Source: a virus (taxonomy: Duplodnaviria > Caudoviricetes). From it: a DNA stretch of 34,926 nucleotides. The stretch spans positions 1 through 34,926 of the IMG/VR virus record IMGVR_UViG_3300037467_000443. One strand, given 5' to 3'. This document shows positions 9,280 to 17,066 of this stretch, in pieces; position 1 is the first letter of the stretch; each line of letters opens with the position of its first letter. Made by a program: the position numbers and the translations under genes. Below the pieces are notes generated by a model that was not told the DNA's origin, did no database searches, and was given only the letters and a program-made list of their open reading frames with translations.

Positions 9280-9819
9280 ATGGAACATAACGAACTCAAT
9301 TTAAACCCGTCAGAATGGCATTATAACGTGCCACAACCAGAAACTTCAACATTCTCTGTCTACTTGATTCAATGCCAAACTGAGAACCATTATTATGTGG
9401 GAATGACAAACAACGTGCAAAAACGAATGATAGAACATCTGTATGGTGAAAGTGGCTCATGGTTTGTCCGTGAACACAAGTTTGAAGCCTATAGAGTCTT
9501 GAAGAACGGAATCGTCACACAGAAAGAGGCAGAGATTTTAGAGCGGCTAATAACCGTGGAACTGAATAAAGCTGGAGTCGTCACCTGTGGAGGATCATAC
9601 ACGACAAGGCGAATGTTCGAACCAAGGAACTATCAGGATTTGGTTTTTAGCATCCGTAAGAAGAATCCGCATCGGCTAATTCCAAAAGCTAAAATTCTTA
9701 TAGAGAACGAGCAGAGCGAACTTAGGAAAGAACGGAGGATGGCCATCCTCAACGCTGTAGAAAGCGCACAACATTGCAGAATACCCGAATGGTATGAATT
9801 CAGAGGGGATTTGGTTTGA
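9280..9819 (+). CDS. GIY-YIG endonuclease
   Basis: SVYLIQC...YYVGMTNNVQKRMIEH...G and EAEILE motifs. Confidence 0.85.
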   Translation: MEHNELNLNPSEWHYNVPQPETSTFSVYLIQCQTENHYYVGMTNNVQKRMIEHLYGESGSWFVREHKFEAYRVLKNGIVTQKEAEILERLITVELNKAGVVTCGGSYTTRRMFEPRNYQDLVFSIRKKNPHRLIPKAKILIENEQSELRKERRMAILNAVESAQHCRIPEWYEFRGDLV

Positions 9820-9983
9820 AAACCCTACACGACCTTAGAACCGAACACGTTCCGATTTTCTTTCATCGAAGGAAGCGGAAAATTAATTTGAAAAAAGAGC
9901 AAAAAAATCCCGATACATCAAAGGGTAAGCACCCTATCTTGTATAAATAAGATCATAGAAGGAAATTTGAGACTTTAGAGAAA

Positions 9984-10673
9984 TTGCAGAAATATCCATT
10001 TGAAGAACGACTCCCACGAAAAAAATATGGGGATCATAAGGCACTAGCCAAACACAGGAACATCGAATGGGAATTCGACTTCCGTAGCTGGTGGAAGATG
10101 TGGGCTGAATCCGGCAAGTGGGAACTGAGAGGCAGACAAGCCGGTCAGTTCTGCATGTCTCGATATGATGACATTGGCCCGTACAGCCCTTCCAATTGCT
10201 TCATACAGCTTCATTCGGACAACGTTGGGCAAGGCCACGCTGGTAAGGCCAATCCCGGTGTAACAGCCGCTCTGACAGGCAGAACACGACCACAACACGT
10301 CATAGACGCCATTTCAGCGGCTAACAGCGGAAAGAAGCGATCTGATGAAGTCAAACAGCGTTTGAGCGCTGCATTCACCGGTGTGAAGCGCCAGCGGCTT
10401 CCCTGCCCTCACTGTCAGCAAGAGAAGCCATCTAACAGGCTGTTTGCCCACGTTAGAGCCTGTGAGGCGAATCCTGAACGAACGAGACTTGTTCACACGG
10501 AAGTCACAAAACAGAAAATGCGGGAAGCTGTCAGGAACCGGCCAAAAGCTCCCTGCCCGCATTGTCTCCAAAACATCGCTGTCAATGGCCTTCCAAGGCA
10601 CATGCCAGCCTGCGAGGCAAACCCGGAACGTACCGGGTCACATACAACATCAGAAAGAAACAAGAGGAACTAA
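9984..10673 (+). CDS. HNH-like homing endonuclease with NUMOD3 and two C2HC zinc fingers
   Basis: CMSRYDDIGPYSPSNC..N nuclease-like core, SDEVKQRLS (NUMOD3) and CPHC..H...C twice. Confidence 0.7.
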   Translation: MQKYPFEERLPRKKYGDHKALAKHRNIEWEFDFRSWWKMWAESGKWELRGRQAGQFCMSRYDDIGPYSPSNCFIQLHSDNVGQGHAGKANPGVTAALTGRTRPQHVIDAISAANSGKKRSDEVKQRLSAAFTGVKRQRLPCPHCQQEKPSNRLFAHVRACEANPERTRLVHTEVTKQKMREAVRNRPKAPCPHCLQNIAVNGLPRHMPACEANPERTGSHTTSERNKRN

Positions 10674-10677
10674 TTTA

Positions 10678-11178
10678 ATGGGAGCATCAGTAACGGAATT
10701 TGGCGAAAAGTACCAAGTTCAGCGAAGAGAACGGATTGCGGGAGTGGTGGAATATTCCAAGTCACCTTTCGGACATAGTAAGACCATCAGCAACAAACTT
10801 CACAGAATGGCAAACTTGGTTGGCCAGCTTATGGCCGATGCCGGTTTTGACGTGAAGCGATGTGACTTTGATGGCCGTGTTTGGGTAATGCTGAACTTCA
10901 AACGACATCGTGGAATCATCTACCTTACCAACAGCCAAGCCGAAGCATTCATGGGTAAAGCAAAGTGGCAGAAAGAAGCATTGCGGATTTTTGTTTTGCA
11001 GTCAGTGACCATGGCACAACGGGAAATGGAAATTGCCTGCTTCTATAACGATGGCGGTGCAGTTAGCGATGCTATCGAGCAATTCAGGGAAGTTAAGGAT
11101 TTTATCAGCACGGGTCCGAACCTATGGGAAATATGGGCGGATTTGACGGAACCAAAAACTAAGAAGGAAACAGAATGA
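10678..11178 (+). CDS. Hypothetical protein
   Basis: Probable start ATG 10678 after a GAGGA RBS; the track's longer start overlaps the previous gene. Confidence 0.6.
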   Translation: MGASVTEFGEKYQVQRRERIAGVVEYSKSPFGHSKTISNKLHRMANLVGQLMADAGFDVKRCDFDGRVWVMLNFKRHRGIIYLTNSQAEAFMGKAKWQKEALRIFVLQSVTMAQREMEIACFYNDGGAVSDAIEQFREVKDFISTGPNLWEIWADLTEPKTKKETE

Positions 11179-11321
11179 CAAACACAATCGTATGGTTCGG
11201 CAATCTGACCAAACAGACATTGCCGGAAGGCGTAAAAATCAAGATTGCAAATACCATCGTGACCGGCACCAAGGAAGGCAATCGGGTATCGAACACGGAA
11301 ACTACGAAGAGGTACATTTAA
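11175..11321 (+). CDS. Small hypothetical protein (48 aa, MTNTIVWFG...)
   Basis: Read by hand; ATGA overlap and AAGGA RBS; tiles the gap exactly. Confidence 0.55.
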   Translation: MTNTIVWFGNLTKQTLPEGVKIKIANTIVTGTKEGNRVSNTETTKRYI

Positions 11322-11663
11322 TTGGAATACCCAAAACCACAAACAAAGAAAGAAATTCGGGCTGGTTTCATCGCTCGCATTGATAGATGGCTAATGCAAT
11401 TCCCAGATGATGAACTTTTTGACTCCGGTTTCGCTGGCGCATGGTATCGAGACAAGAAAGAGAGATGCACCACCTTCCAAATTCATGTGCATTCGAACTT
11501 TGGGAATGAAGGCTATGCCGAGAACGTAGCCAACAGCCTGCAAACTTTGAACAACATGGTGGAGATGCGAAACGAAGATACATTGGCCGGAACTGACAGC
11601 TTCACGGAAGTCAAAGGGCCAGTGCCGGTTTTGAACATCAAGACATTTAAGGAAAAAGAATGA
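11322..11663 (+). CDS. Hypothetical protein
   Basis: 113 aa, TTG start with GAGG RBS, tightly coupled to its neighbours. Confidence 0.6.
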   Translation: MEYPKPQTKKEIRAGFIARIDRWLMQFPDDELFDSGFAGAWYRDKKERCTTFQIHVHSNFGNEGYAENVANSLQTLNNMVEMRNEDTLAGTDSFTEVKGPVPVLNIKTFKEKE

Positions 11664-12334
11664 CAGAAACAGCAAACAACGAACCACGGTTCACCAACGC
11701 CGCTGATGAAGCGTTTTTTAGGCTCACTAAGAAGACGGATGCCGCCCAAAAAGAAGCAATTGAAGAACTTAAGCGTCAAGGCTTTGCTGGCGATGGCCTT
11801 CTATGGGCTGATACACCTGTAACGATTGCAGAGGCAATCCACGTTCCACCGGAATATGAAACCGAATTCAAGGCATGGCAGGCGGCACAAGCCGGGTTCA
11901 ATCCCGATCTTGGTTATTCGAACGATGAAGCAACTTCACCAGACCCATACAAAGTAAGTGATGCAAAGCCAGTGTGGGGAGGACTTTTCCGATTCAACAG
12001 CAAGAACAATGAATTTGTTCCGCTTGACTACAACGAAGTAGCCAGATGGCAGGCTAACTTTGCATCATACAATGCACAGGATATTCCTGATCAAGACCTA
12101 GCGAACGCCATCAACACGTCATGGCATGAAGACGAACCGGTGAACCCTGCCCCGACTCCGCTTGAACTCTTTGAAGCTCTGGAACGGGAATTTCTCACGC
12201 TGGCCAATCATTATGCCGATCACTTGAACGGCAGAGAAATTGCATTGGCCAAAACCAACATGCAGCAAGCCGGGCACTGGATCAGAGACGCTTTGAAACA
12301 TTGGAACCCAGACACATTTAAGGAAGACGAATAA
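11660..12334 (+). CDS. Protein with C-terminal Acb2/Tad1-like helical domain
   Basis: GREIALAKTNMQQAGHWIRDAL...PDTF resembles the conserved Acb2 C-terminal helix. Confidence 0.55.
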   Translation: MTETANNEPRFTNAADEAFFRLTKKTDAAQKEAIEELKRQGFAGDGLLWADTPVTIAEAIHVPPEYETEFKAWQAAQAGFNPDLGYSNDEATSPDPYKVSDAKPVWGGLFRFNSKNNEFVPLDYNEVARWQANFASYNAQDIPDQDLANAINTSWHEDEPVNPAPTPLELFEALEREFLTLANHYADHLNGREIALAKTNMQQAGHWIRDALKHWNPDTFKEDE

Positions 12335-12595
12335 TTGACGAAGCCAGTACCAGCATTGGATGATGTTTATGTGGCTCTTTTAACCGGACAAAAACGATTG
12401 AAGCGGTCGAACTTTGAGGCAACCATTTTGTTCACGGAAGAAGCGGCGGTTGGATTCGACATTGAATCAAAGCATGGTTCCGGAATGATTTTGGTAAGTA
12501 GACGCCAGATTGAGCGGAACGGTGAAATCCAAGCGATTGAAGACGTCATCACCGACTATTTTGAGGCTCTAGTTGAATATAAGATCGGCAGATAA
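12335..12595 (+). CDS. Hypothetical protein
   Basis: 86 aa, abuts the previous stop, TTG start. Confidence 0.55.
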   Translation: MTKPVPALDDVYVALLTGQKRLKRSNFEATILFTEEAAVGFDIESKHGSGMILVSRRQIERNGEIQAIEDVITDYFEALVEYKIGR

Positions 12596-12834
12596 TGACC
12601 GACGAAGAAAGACAGTATTACAAGGATAAGTTCGGCATCAACTATGAGAAGGTCTTTTCAAGCTCGTTGCGTGAATATGGGTTTGTAAATGGCAATCGTA
12701 AACGTCCATATATGATCATTCATGACATGAATGAATTTTTGAAGGTGCCATGGCCAGAACGTGAAAAGATTGACAAGGAAGCTCTGGCGAACCCGGAGCT
12801 TGCTGAATGGAATGGAGCTACAAGTGGAAACTAA
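12595..12834 (+). CDS. Hypothetical protein
   Basis: 79 aa, TAATG overlap. Confidence 0.55.
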   Translation: MTDEERQYYKDKFGINYEKVFSSSLREYGFVNGNRKRPYMIIHDMNEFLKVPWPEREKIDKEALANPELAEWNGATSGN

Positions 12835-12994
12835 CAATTTTCCGATGGAAGACGAGAAAGCGTGGTTTGCGATGAACAAACTGCAATTAGTGGGTTTGTC
12901 GCAGATTGAGCTTCGAAGAAGCGTACCGTTGACATTCAAAGAGAGAATTGAAGTCATCCTAGACAAGTTGATGAAGGAACAATGGAAGGCATAA
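12812..12994 (+). CDS. Small protein, paralog of 13514-13690
   Basis: EDEKAWFAMNKLQLV...FKERIEVILDKLM; start may be 12812 or 12845. Confidence 0.55.
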   Translation: MELQVETNNFPMEDEKAWFAMNKLQLVGLSQIELRRSVPLTFKERIEVILDKLMKEQWKA

Positions 12995-13143
12995 CATACA
13001 GTCTTCCATTCCTAAATCGCCTGATTGAAGACTATGGAACCCATACTAGGATTTGGACGACAAAAGGCGGAAAGTTTCATTTCAAAGAAGGTGTGTCCGC
13101 CAAGCGGTACCTAGACTTTAAAGATATCAAGCCTGATAGATGA
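12982..13143 (+). CDS. Small protein, N-terminus similar to 13687-13887
   Basis: Read by hand: MEGITYSLPFLNR..., with AAGGA RBS and ATGA overlap with the next gene. Confidence 0.55.
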   Translation: MEGITYSLPFLNRLIEDYGTHTRIWTTKGGKFHFKEGVSAKRYLDFKDIKPDR

Positions 13144-13517
13144 CTAAACCTGAATTTGGCTACGATCCTGCCACTCGGGATTTTGTCAAAATATGTGTCG
13201 AGTGTGGAACCACCGATGTCAACAAACATCATCTGGCAATCCGGTGTGCAGAATGCCAGAAACTAGCTAACCAAGCCCGAAAAACCCGATACAAACGAAC
13301 GTTCAAAGAAAAACACCGGGAAGAATGGTTAGCCAAAGATCGTGAAGAAAAGCGGAAATACCGGGCTGAACATCCGGAACGTGTGAAGGCTGCAAAGAAG
13401 CGGGATTATGAACGTAAGAAAGCGAAGCTTGCTGATATGCAGTCTCGAATTGAAGCTCTTGAGTCAGAGCTTGCCAGCATCAAACTACTTCTAACAGAAA
13501 ACAAGGGAAATGAATGA
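13140..13517 (+). CDS. Zinc-ribbon plus basic coiled-coil protein
   Basis: CVEC...CAEC followed by a K/R/E-rich helix. Confidence 0.6.
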   Translation: MTKPEFGYDPATRDFVKICVECGTTDVNKHHLAIRCAECQKLANQARKTRYKRTFKEKHREEWLAKDREEKRKYRAEHPERVKAAKKRDYERKKAKLADMQSRIEALESELASIKLLLTENKGNE

Positions 13518-13690
13518 CAGAAGACGACAGAGCATGGTTTGTGCTGGACAAACTGCGATTAGTGATCCCGGCACAGGTCGTGGTTCGCAACGAAGCTGTA
13601 ACTGGCTGGAATGAGCCACCGGAAAGCGATTTTGAAGCCAGAGTTAGAATGATTTTGGACAAGATGATTGAAGATCGGAAAAGTCTATGA
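13514..13690 (+). CDS. Small protein, paralog of 12812-12994
   Basis: Read by hand: MTEDDRAWFVLDKLRLV...FEARVRMILDKMIED, with ATGA overlaps at both ends. Confidence 0.6.
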   Translation: MTEDDRAWFVLDKLRLVIPAQVVVRNEAVTGWNEPPESDFEARVRMILDKMIEDRKSL

Positions 13691-13887
13691 AGGGTAGAAT
13701 CTACAATACACCATTCGTGAATCGTTCAAGCTTCGATATGGGCGAATATGTTGAAATTTATCGGGCAGATGATCGCTTTACACGCATCAGAAGGAAGGGT
13801 TTTAGCTTAGACGAAACCCGACTTACCAGAAGAGAGAGAAATTCTATGATGCTGGAAAAAATCTACCCTACACAATTCGAAAATTGA
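13687..13887 (+). CDS. Small hypothetical protein
   Basis: 66 aa; last gene before the terminator. Confidence 0.55.
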   Translation: MKGRIYNTPFVNRSSFDMGEYVEIYRADDRFTRIRRKGFSLDETRLTRRERNSMMLEKIYPTQFEN

Positions 13888-13917
13888 AAGGCCCGGAGTG
13901 ATCCGGGCTTTCGTTTT
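13887..13917. terminator. Terminator between convergent operons (probably bidirectional)
   Basis: AAAG-GCCCGGA-GTGA-TCCGGGC-TTTCGTTTT. Confidence 0.85.
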
Positions 13918-15118
13918 ATGTTGTCATCGCCACCAATTCGGCATCTGTGAACACTAGATTTGCACCACAGGCAAAGCGTTCGTTGATACCCATGATCGTG
14001 TTAGCGCCTGAACCGTTCGTGCCCAAGTCCCAATGGGTTTGTGTGCCTGAGAAGACAACGCCGCTTCCAAGAGAACCAAGCTGACCATTGCAAGCCACTT
14101 TGATCCCAGAGGCAGAGACCCAACCCGCCACCTTGTTGACGTTACCGAGTCCTGTTCTCCATACACCGGCTGGTGTTGTAGATGTTGCTGGATTTTCTGA
14201 GAACGCTAAGGCACCAGTGCCGGTGACATTGCAGAATAGGTTGCCATCGGACGTGATAACGAAGCCACCAGTTGGCCGCTCCGATCTACCCTGCCAATAG
14301 AAGCCGAAAGGTGCGTTGGTGACGCTGAAAAGTGGGCCTGCATCGGCAGAGGCGACGTTAGGACGGCTCTGCGAATTGATCACCGTTGCCGATGTCGTGG
14401 CGTAGCGCTGTGGAGTTGGGATATTCAGCCCGGCAATGGAAGGAACACAAAGCTGCACCAAATCAACGTCCACCACGTCACCAGATGTGGCCAGACGAAT
14501 TTCAATTACCGGATTTGTGACTGTCTGGGTAACGAACTGTTGCGTGTAGGAAGTCGTTAAACCGCCAAGAATGGAAGTTCGTGTAGAGCCTCCATCCAAT
14601 GACAAGGTGACATCGCCAGTTCCCGTGACTCTCTTGATATCGAGTGAAAATACCTTCTGTCCAGATGCAATTGTGAATGATTGTGTGACCGTTCCACCAG
14701 CGGAAGTAGCCGTTAGGCGTGTTGCCGCATTGGCTGAACCATCTGCACCTGTAGCCGTCTTGGAAGCTGTTAGATTGGTCTTGGTCCATACCGCATTCGT
14801 CAAGTCTCTATTCCAGAGAACAGAGTTTGTTGACGACATGTAGGAAAAGACGCCTTTTGTTGTTCGTCTCAAACCAGCGGCGGCTACCGAAGAAAGCGAA
14901 CCAGATGCGTTAGGACAGAATGTTGCCGTGACATTCGAAGGATCACGAAACATTCGGCCATCATTGGAGTTGCCGCCATAGGGCTGTGTTCCGCCTTTTG
15001 CGGTTCCTGCGGCAAAATCGACATCATATGTGAATAGTGCGAATGGATCACGTTTGCCACTCACTCTAGAGATAGCGTTACCAGCGACTCGAAACGCATT
15101 GTTCAGTGCAATGCGCAA
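13916..15118 (-). CDS. Head spike/fibre protein (lectin-like beta domains)
   Basis: STNSVLWNRDLTNAVWTK..GADGSANAATRLTAT motif; lies downstream of the spike-base gene. Confidence 0.65.
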   Translation of the reverse strand: MRIALNNAFRVAGNAISRVSGKRDPFALFTYDVDFAAGTAKGGTQPYGGNSNDGRMFRDPSNVTATFCPNASGSLSSVAAAGLRRTTKGVFSYMSSTNSVLWNRDLTNAVWTKTNLTASKTATGADGSANAATRLTATSAGGTVTQSFTIASGQKVFSLDIKRVTGTGDVTLSLDGGSTRTSILGGLTTSYTQQFVTQTVTNPVIEIRLATSGDVVDVDLVQLCVPSIAGLNIPTPQRYATTSATVINSQSRPNVASADAGPLFSVTNAPFGFYWQGRSERPTGGFVITSDGNLFCNVTGTGALAFSENPATSTTPAGVWRTGLGNVNKVAGWVSASGIKVACNGQLGSLGSGVVFSGTQTHWDLGTNGSGANTIMGINERFACGANLVFTDAELVAMTT

Positions 15119-15119
15119 A

Positions 15120-15272
15120 TTATTTGGTTCCCTTGTTTTTGGGAAAAAACTTAATCATCGGATTTGTGATAACGTCCTTTTCGGCTTTCCAAACATAAAT
15201 TGTCTGGCCATTTTTTCTGATAAAAGTGCTGGTGTGCTTGCAGCCAACGAACGGCTCATTATTCGCTGTCAA
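15120..15272 (-). CDS. Small hypothetical protein (50 aa, MTANNEPFVGC...)
   Basis: Read by hand; TTG start; tiles exactly between the spike-base and fibre genes. Confidence 0.4.
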   Translation of the reverse strand: MTANNEPFVGCKHTSTFIRKNGQTIYVWKAEKDVITNPMIKFFPKNKGTK

Positions 15273-15273
15273 T

Positions 15274-15549
15274 TTAGAACAATCCGAGTATGGAATTTGC
15301 GGTTGTTCCAGTCCTCTTGACCTGAATCACCTGAATCGGCAGAACCGAACCGGATTGAACACCAACAAAGGTCAATGCCGTGTTCGAATTATCGTAGCCA
15401 AGCATGGTTACAGCGAGATTCCCGCCTACACCGACATAAACGCCACGTGTTGGTTGTGAAAAAACAGTTGTGTTGTTGGAAGTTACGGAAAAACCGTCTT
15501 GTGCAACGGAATCAATCGTTGGATTTTTGCGTGAAAATCTGTCAGCCAT
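15274..15549 (-). CDS. Head spike base protein, RcGTA Rcc01079-like
   Basis: MADRF...TRGVYVGVGGNLAVTM...TFVGVQSGSVLPIQVIQVKRTGTTA..I.GL; probable start ATG 15549. Confidence 0.8.
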   Translation of the reverse strand: MADRFSRKNPTIDSVAQDGFSVTSNNTTVFSQPTRGVYVGVGGNLAVTMLGYDNSNTALTFVGVQSGSVLPIQVIQVKRTGTTANSILGLF

Positions 15550-15753
15550 GAGAAACCTATGGAAAATACCTAAAATTGGGGTTGGAAGAATGTGTCCCAA
15601 TATTTAGGCGGATGGCTGTTTTGAGCCTTGTTAGGCTATTATGTTCGGATTCCTAAAAATTTTTAGAATCGTACAACAATGCACGAAAAGGCATCTCTGC
15701 CAGTTTTCGTTTCATAAGCATTCTTAGAGAATGTCACCATCTCCACCGGGAGC

Positions 15754-16398
15754 CTATCGCTGATTCCGGGCAATGATCCTGCTAACTGTCTTCATGTCCA
15801 TGCCAACTGCCTTGCCGATCTTAGCGAAGCTCTGACCTTCATCACGCATGGCCAGCATACGGGCAAGCACTGCTTGTTCAGTCGGGTTAGCCACCAGTTT
15901 CCCGGCTACCACATCGTAGCCATAGGGCTTTGTACCGCCCGCATAGACACCATCAGCGGCCAACCTACGCTTCACATCCCTGATGCGCTCTCGTGTCCTG
16001 TCCCGCTCTTGCTCTGCCACGGCTGACAGGATGGTGAACATCATCTTGGATATGCCATTGCCGGTCACATCGCCACCAAGGTCCAGCATGTGAAGCTGAA
16101 CACCCATTTCCTTCATATCTTCCAAGCTGTTCAAGCCGTCTCGGGCTGAACGAAACATGCGGTCTAGCTTGGTCACTATGATCACGTCGCCTTTGCCCAT
16201 TGCAGCGACCATACGGGCACCCTGTGGACGTTCGGACAATGGGATGGACCCAGACACACCCGCTTCAACGAACGTCTCTGTTATCGTCCATCCCTTCATC
16301 ATTGCGTAGCCTTCAAGCTGGCGTGTCTGGGTTTCCAGCGATTGGCCATTGTTGGCTTGTTCGTCGGTGCTGACTCGGATGTAGGCAAAGATTTGCAA
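15754..16398 (-). CDS. Small serine recombinase (resolvase/invertase)
   Basis: YIRVSTDEQ, GDVIIVTKLDRMFRS, AEQERDRTRER and a C-terminal HTH. Confidence 0.93.
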   Translation of the reverse strand: MQIFAYIRVSTDEQANNGQSLETQTRQLEGYAMMKGWTITETFVEAGVSGSIPLSERPQGARMVAAMGKGDVIIVTKLDRMFRSARDGLNSLEDMKEMGVQLHMLDLGGDVTGNGISKMMFTILSAVAEQERDRTRERIRDVKRRLAADGVYAGGTKPYGYDVVAGKLVANPTEQAVLARMLAMRDEGQSFAKIGKAVGMDMKTVSRIIARNQR

Positions 16399-16415
16399 GT
16401 GGTATTACTCCCGGT

Positions 16416-16471
16416 TTATGGCGCTGCAAATGCACGGCCATAAGAATGGCAGTGCCATAAGGGAAAGTCAA
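16416..16471 (-). promoter_or_regulatory. res-like binding sites overlapping the resolvase sigma70 promoter
   Basis: TTATGGC-N14-GCCATAA and ATGGC-agt-GCCAT inverted repeats; TTGACT-N17-CATTCT on the minus strand. Confidence 0.55.
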
Positions 16472-16486
16472 GGGGATTGAAGGGAA

Positions 16487-16790
16487 GCCGGGTAGTGTTT
16501 GCATAAAACACTTGGGAGTTTATCACTACCCGGCATTGCAGCCACCATGTCAAGGCTGCAATAAGTGGGACACTGATAGGGAGTAACTACCAGTGTCCGT
16601 GGCATCCAAGAGAGGATATGCTTAGATGCTCTGTCTTTCTACTATGTATAAACACCACTTCAACAACAACCAGCTTATCACGTACTGGTATGACCTTATT
16701 TAGTATTCTTTGATGCTCACCAGCGGTCATGATGACAGATTTTTATGTTCATGGAGCATCAAAGATGTTCAAAGCTGAACATTGTGGTGT
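16487..16790 (-). ncRNA. Candidate structured RNA (hairpin array 3)
   Basis: Seven adjacent stems, including 11 bp and 12 bp perfect ones. Two stems have G-U mismatches on the minus strand. Confidence 0.4.
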
Positions 16791-16941
16791 TGCTATAGCG
16801 TGGGAGCCCGTCCCGAGCGGCGAGTCGCCTGTGTTCTAGCGTGTTCTGGCACTCTATTAAATGTTATACAGTAACATTATTAGCGAACATTACGTTATAG
16901 GATTATATACCTACGCCATAAGGCAGAACAATATCAGGCAC

Positions 16942-17040
16942 TTACACGCCACCGAACCACATGACTGCATAAAGCGTGATAGCTCCACCAATGGCAAAGC
17001 TGACGGCACAAACCAGCACAAAAATCAGCTTATCGAACAC
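16942..17040 (-). CDS. Small hydrophobic membrane peptide (32 aa)
   Basis: Read by hand: GTG start, MFDKLIFVLVCAVSFAIGGAITLYAVMWFGGV. Confidence 0.35.
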   Translation of the reverse strand: MFDKLIFVLVCAVSFAIGGAITLYAVMWFGGV

Positions 17041-17066
17041 GTCTCTAACTCAAACTCACACCATCT

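Noticed and set aside
10444-10677. N-terminal extension of ORF 10444-11178
   Set aside because: It overlaps the HNH-like gene by 230 nt, and ATG 10678 has the RBS.
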